NCBI GenBank assembly: GCA_964384555.1
Contig: CAYLLA010000002.1
Span: forward strand, 1,659-65,658
Direction of reading: 5' to 3'
DNA from: an uncultured Ruminococcus sp.
GTDB lineage: Bacteria > Bacillota > Clostridia > Oscillospirales > CAG-272
DNA: 64,000 bases
Position 1 is the stretch's first letter. Every line of letters starts with the position of its first letter. Of the stretch, positions 61,071-64,000 are shown in pieces. The position numbers were made by a program, and so were the translations under genes. A model generated the notes under the pieces. That model saw only the letters and a list, made by a program, of their open reading frames with translations. It did not search any database and had not been told where the DNA came from.

Positions 61071-61424
61071 TCATAGCATTCGCGAGATCTTTTTTTTAAC
61101 AAGCTTGTTATCAATCACTGTGCCCTTGCTAATTACTTTTTCTAAAAAACTCGGGATCTGATCTCGCGATACTCCAAAAGCTTTTTTAAAATCCACAGCG
61201 TGTCCCGGGGTTTGTCCATTACCGTCAAGTATATGCTTCAAGCCCGCGTATGGACTACCTGTTTCAAGCCACACCGTTTGCCCTGTTTCATCTTGGGTTA
61301 TGAACACAAGATTCTCTTTGGTGAATTTTACACCGTTTTTCTCCAAATCTGCAATCAGGGCCTCTGCAACATGGTTTCTTTCACCATTGGTTCTGCCAAA
61401 TCCGCCGTGATATCCTGTACCCAT
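61071..61424 (-). CDS. Small nuclease-toxin-like protein, apparently truncated by an A8 frameshift
   Basis: MGTGYHGGFGRTNGE...GSPYAGLKHILDGNGQTPGH. Its start overlaps the upstream stop (TGATG). The -1 frame after A8 continues for 35 codons (…YYYEGNYHVITGLGTNGFVVSAYPKKKG). Confidence 0.45.
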   Translation of the reverse strand: MGTGYHGGFGRTNGERNHVAEALIADLEKNGVKFTKENLVFITQDETGQTVWLETGSPYAGLKHILDGNGQTPGHAVDFKKAFGVSRDQIPSFLEKVISKGTVIDNKLVKKKISRML

Positions 61425-62089
61425 CAGGCGATCACCGCCTTTCGACTTTGCATATAGTCACTGTCGAATTGCAGTATTTCTATGCCCATAGCTTTATACT
61501 TGGCAAATATGTAATCAGGTGCAGTTCCATATACGACGATTGCTGTCGGCTCTAATGTATCAACCACATAGTTTAAGCCGTCTTTGAAATATTTTCGCTC
61601 GGTCAGTAGCTTTATGCAACCGTGAGAGCCTACTGCAATGACACCATGCTTATTAACGCCTGCACAAGACGCTTCAAATGTTCGTTCATCCCCAAAGCGT
61701 ATGTTGGGAATGACGGATACGCCATGCTCCTGTAACCAACAACCGATTGCTCTGCTTCGGTAAATATTCCATTGTTGCATTACCAATGGCATATCTCTAT
61801 AGACGCTGAAATCGGGAGAAATAACGCCCTTGAACTTCTTTAGAATTGGGAGATATTTGTTCGGCCTATTCCATAATCTCTCAAAAACAGCATCGTCCTC
61901 GTAGAAATGTACCCAAGCATCATAAGAGGTGTGGTTAATGGCTTTTGAAAATGCTGTCAGCTTTTCCGGCTTCTTTAGTTCGTTTTTTAAACAAGGGATT
62001 TCAAGCGAACTATCATAGGTCGCATTTTTGACTAAAAATGCGTGAAAAACATCTTTGCACCCACTACGAGTGCAATTTTCTTTTGACAT
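61424..62089 (-). CDS. DUF4417-like protein
   Basis: VHFYEDDAVFERLWNRPNKYLPILKKFKGVISPDFSVYRDMP...VIPNIRFGD. Family recalled from memory. AAGGAGG RBS. Confidence 0.5.
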   Translation of the reverse strand: MSKENCTRSGCKDVFHAFLVKNATYDSSLEIPCLKNELKKPEKLTAFSKAINHTSYDAWVHFYEDDAVFERLWNRPNKYLPILKKFKGVISPDFSVYRDMPLVMQQWNIYRSRAIGCWLQEHGVSVIPNIRFGDERTFEASCAGVNKHGVIAVGSHGCIKLLTERKYFKDGLNYVVDTLEPTAIVVYGTAPDYIFAKYKAMGIEILQFDSDYMQSRKAVIA

Positions 62090-62221
62090 ATATTATGCCT
62101 CCTTATTTGTTGAATTGCAAAATATTTTTGAATTTTTTCGATTTTCCTTGCAATTTCTCTCTAGATGTGGCATAATAAATATAGCGACATATTGGATGCT
62201 CACATCCAAAGAGAAGGCACG

Positions 62222-62247
62222 TTGTGAATTGTTGCAGCAATTTACAA
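62222..62247. promoter_or_regulatory. 26-bp palindrome, candidate operator or weak terminator
   Basis: TTGTGAATTGTTG|CAGCAATTTACAA, with 11 of 13 arm positions complementary (the other two are G-T). It lies between immA-like and DUF4417-like genes. Confidence 0.35.
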
Positions 62248-62317
62248 TGTGCTTTTTCTTTTTTGCTTTCTTACAATCAAACAACATCACCGTCCTTTCC
62301 TTAAATTTATATTTATA

Positions 62318-62869
62318 TTACACAGCTTTATAAAAAAGCTGAAGCAATCGTAATTCGTAATCGGTATAGTCCTTATAGCCGTAAGTTAACCATTTCCGAT
62401 AATAGTTGAGTGCATAACATGCCGCCTCAAAGCTCACGTTAAAGATATTGGCAATATCATGCGGATCATCTAATTTCAACTTGTGTACCAGCACAGGCGG
62501 AACAAGTGCATATTTGGCAAAGAAATTCACTTCTTTATCTGCAAGTTCGCTATCCTCGCTGTGGTCTAAAGCACTATGACCTATTTCATGCATGATCGTA
62601 TTGTTGATACGGCCATATTCTTTTTTGTCATTATAATAAATGTACTGCTCTCCGGTGTTCTTCTCCACCAAAAATCCATCTTCGCTCTTTTTCAAAAGAA
62701 GCCATTGTTTGCTTTGGTGTATTGCCGAATACGGAATGACCTTAATGCCCATTTTGGTTGCAAGTTCAAACCCATTCACAGGCACACAGCAAACGTTGTA
62801 TTTCACAAATAAATCAACAACGATCCGCTTGATCTCTTCACACCTTGCGTGTGATAAAGAAATTCCCAA
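62318..62869 (-). CDS. ImmA/IrrE-family (COG2856) metallopeptidase
   Basis: TIMHEIGHSALDH HExxH motif, directly downstream of an XRE gene. Confidence 0.85.
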   Translation of the reverse strand: MGISLSHARCEEIKRIVVDLFVKYNVCCVPVNGFELATKMGIKVIPYSAIHQSKQWLLLKKSEDGFLVEKNTGEQYIYYNDKKEYGRINNTIMHEIGHSALDHSEDSELADKEVNFFAKYALVPPVLVHKLKLDDPHDIANIFNVSFEAACYALNYYRKWLTYGYKDYTDYELRLLQLFYKAV

Positions 62870-62871
62870 TA

Positions 62872-63183
62872 TTACTCCTCCCCTAACAATACTTTGATCA
62901 ATTCTCTTTTTTCCTGTTCTGTCATGGAAGAGGCGTTTCGTGCAATCATGCGTCGAATGCCGTAGTGGTTATATTCTGTGCATTCGATACCGAGCAAAAA
63001 ATCGGATGTGGTGTGGAGAGCTGTAGCCATGTTTGCTAATGTATCCGGTTTGGGTTCTCGATCACCGGAAATATATCTGGAGATTACGGCTTCCGTTACT
63101 CCTATGCACTCGGCTAATTCTTTCTGAGTCATGCCTTGTTTTTTCAAAGCTTTGGTTATACGTGAGCCTAATTCCTTTCCCAT
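62872..63183 (-). CDS. XRE-family helix-turn-helix regulator (ImmR-like)
   Basis: MTQKELAECIGVTEAVISRYISGDREP. The Met at 63183 follows AAAGGGG. Confidence 0.88.
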   Translation of the reverse strand: MGKELGSRITKALKKQGMTQKELAECIGVTEAVISRYISGDREPKPDTLANMATALHTTSDFLLGIECTEYNHYGIRRMIARNASSMTEQEKRELIKVLLGEE

Positions 63184-63224
63184 GATGGTGCCCCTTTCTG
63201 TGATCATATCTCGATCGCAATTGA

Positions 63225-63253
63225 ATTATATCACATACTTGCCAATTTGTCAA
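63225..63253 (-). promoter_or_regulatory. Consensus SigA promoter of the XRE/ImmA cassette
   Basis: On the minus strand: TTGACA (63253-63248), 17-nt spacer ending TGa, TATAAT (63230-63225). Confidence 0.75.
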
Positions 63254-63846
63254 GTTATTTTGCCTCTTCTGGGAAAATATTTATATAGTGTCACAATAGA
63301 TGCGAGACTTAAAAGTAAAAAAAGTACAAAGTGAGCGAGTCCTGTTAAAGCGGAAATACCCCAGATAGCAATACCTCGATCACATCAAGCAACATTGCAG
63401 CGGAAGGTATCCTGCCCCGCTCGGTGAAGGATGGCTTAATACCTACCTTGCCGATGGGGATGAACAAGCGCAAGAAATGCTGACCTCTCAGACGGCATAG
63501 CTTGCCAAGACTTACGTTGTCGATCAACACATCAAAGAGACCGATCAAATGAGGTGGTTGGATACTCTGCGGCAGACGGGACTTTATGAAGATACTTTTC
63601 GGAAAGTCATACGACGAATAACAAGTGATCGCTGTCCCGCGGGGCAGCGATCTTCTTTAGCGGCAGGCATTCGAATAAAAATTCCCATTCATAAAGCGGG
63701 GCGGGCGGCGCAAAATAGTAGCAGAGAACGCGATACGCCGAAGCGCCTACAGCGCCGGACGCCGCAAAGTGTCACGGCATACGCGGACTCAATTAATATA
63801 GATCGTGAGCATCCGCGTATGCGAGTGCACACACAAGGAGTTTAAA

Positions 63847-64000
63847 ATGTCCAACAATAAGAATCTTGTTCCCGAAGCTAAGGCTGCACTTGATAAGTTT
63901 AAGATGGAGGCCGCAGGTGAGGTCGGTGTTGATCTTGCCAACGGTTATAACGGTGATCTTACCTCCCGTCAGGCCGGCTCTGTTGGCGGTCAGATGGTAA
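63847..64000 (+). CDS. Alpha/beta-type small acid-soluble spore protein, 3' end cut by window edge
   Basis: MSNNKNLVPEAKAALDKFKMEAAGEVGV...LTSRQAGSVGGQMV; AAGGAG RBS. Confidence 0.9.
   Translation, partial: MSNNKNLVPEAKAALDKFKMEAAGEVGVDLANGYNGDLTSRQAGSVGGQMV

Noticed and set aside
62093-62290. 65-aa Cys/Lys-rich ORF between the immA-like and DUF4417-like genes
   Set aside because: It has low complexity and a weak start context (GTG-ATG). It is spanned by the 26-bp palindrome, so the region is more plausibly regulatory. The ORF is mentioned under the palindrome finding rather than annotated.
63777-63822. 11-bp inverted repeat (gcatacgcgga / tccgcgtatgc) upstream of the SASP gene as a regulatory element or SigG promoter
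   Set aside because: I could not place a convincing forespore-type -35/-10 pair with correct spacing. The inverted repeat alone is insufficient evidence.

Overview
The window looks like a chromosomal segment of a high-GC, spore-forming Firmicute of the Clostridia. Supporting evidence is spoVT, an alpha/beta-type SASP, a CIRCE operator upstream of groES-groEL, and the order SRP RNA, dnaX, ybaB, recR. All protein-family names come from motif reading and memory; no searches were run. GC shifts were judged by eye and RNA ends are approximate. Backbone genes are hisS (5' truncated), an AGCS symporter, groESL, a ROK glucokinase, an amidohydrolase, pnuC, murA, a DUF3810 protein, an RluA-type pseudouridine synthase, tyrS, tRNA-Gln and assorted enzymes and transporters. 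Many promoters match TTGACA-17-TATAAT almost perfectly, and most operons end in clear intrinsic terminators. Four visibly AT-richer accessory segments interrupt the backbone. (1) 16.2-19.25 kb holds an uncharacterised two-gene cassette (an LSGG-signature miniprotein plus a P-loop/Toprim-like protein) and an acyltransferase. (2) 34.5-36.3 kb holds an AAA/DUF4143 ATPase. (3) 37.3-53.0 kb is a 15.7 kb, single-strand Wzx/Wzy-type polysaccharide locus next to tRNA-Gln. (4) 60.6-63.3 kb is an XRE/ImmA-headed cassette with a DUF4417-like gene, a small nuclease-toxin-like gene and an acidic partner; no integrase is present. The main leads are as follows. The split mini ATPase/Toprim cassette is a candidate new defence system. 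Three simple-sequence repeats lie inside polysaccharide genes: (ACAG)11 holds a GT2 out of frame, (AT)17 splits an acyltransferase, and (AT)9 is in frame in wzx. This implies slipped-strand phase variation. The XRE/ImmA-DUF4417 cassette carries an A8 frameshift in its toxin-like gene. The pnuC leader (consensus promoter, about 200 nt, 17-bp terminator) is an unclassified riboswitch or attenuator candidate. An operon encodes a two-component system, a VTC-domain protein, a DUF4956 protein and a beta-helix lipoprotein of unknown function. A structured intergenic repeat is present in two diverged copies.
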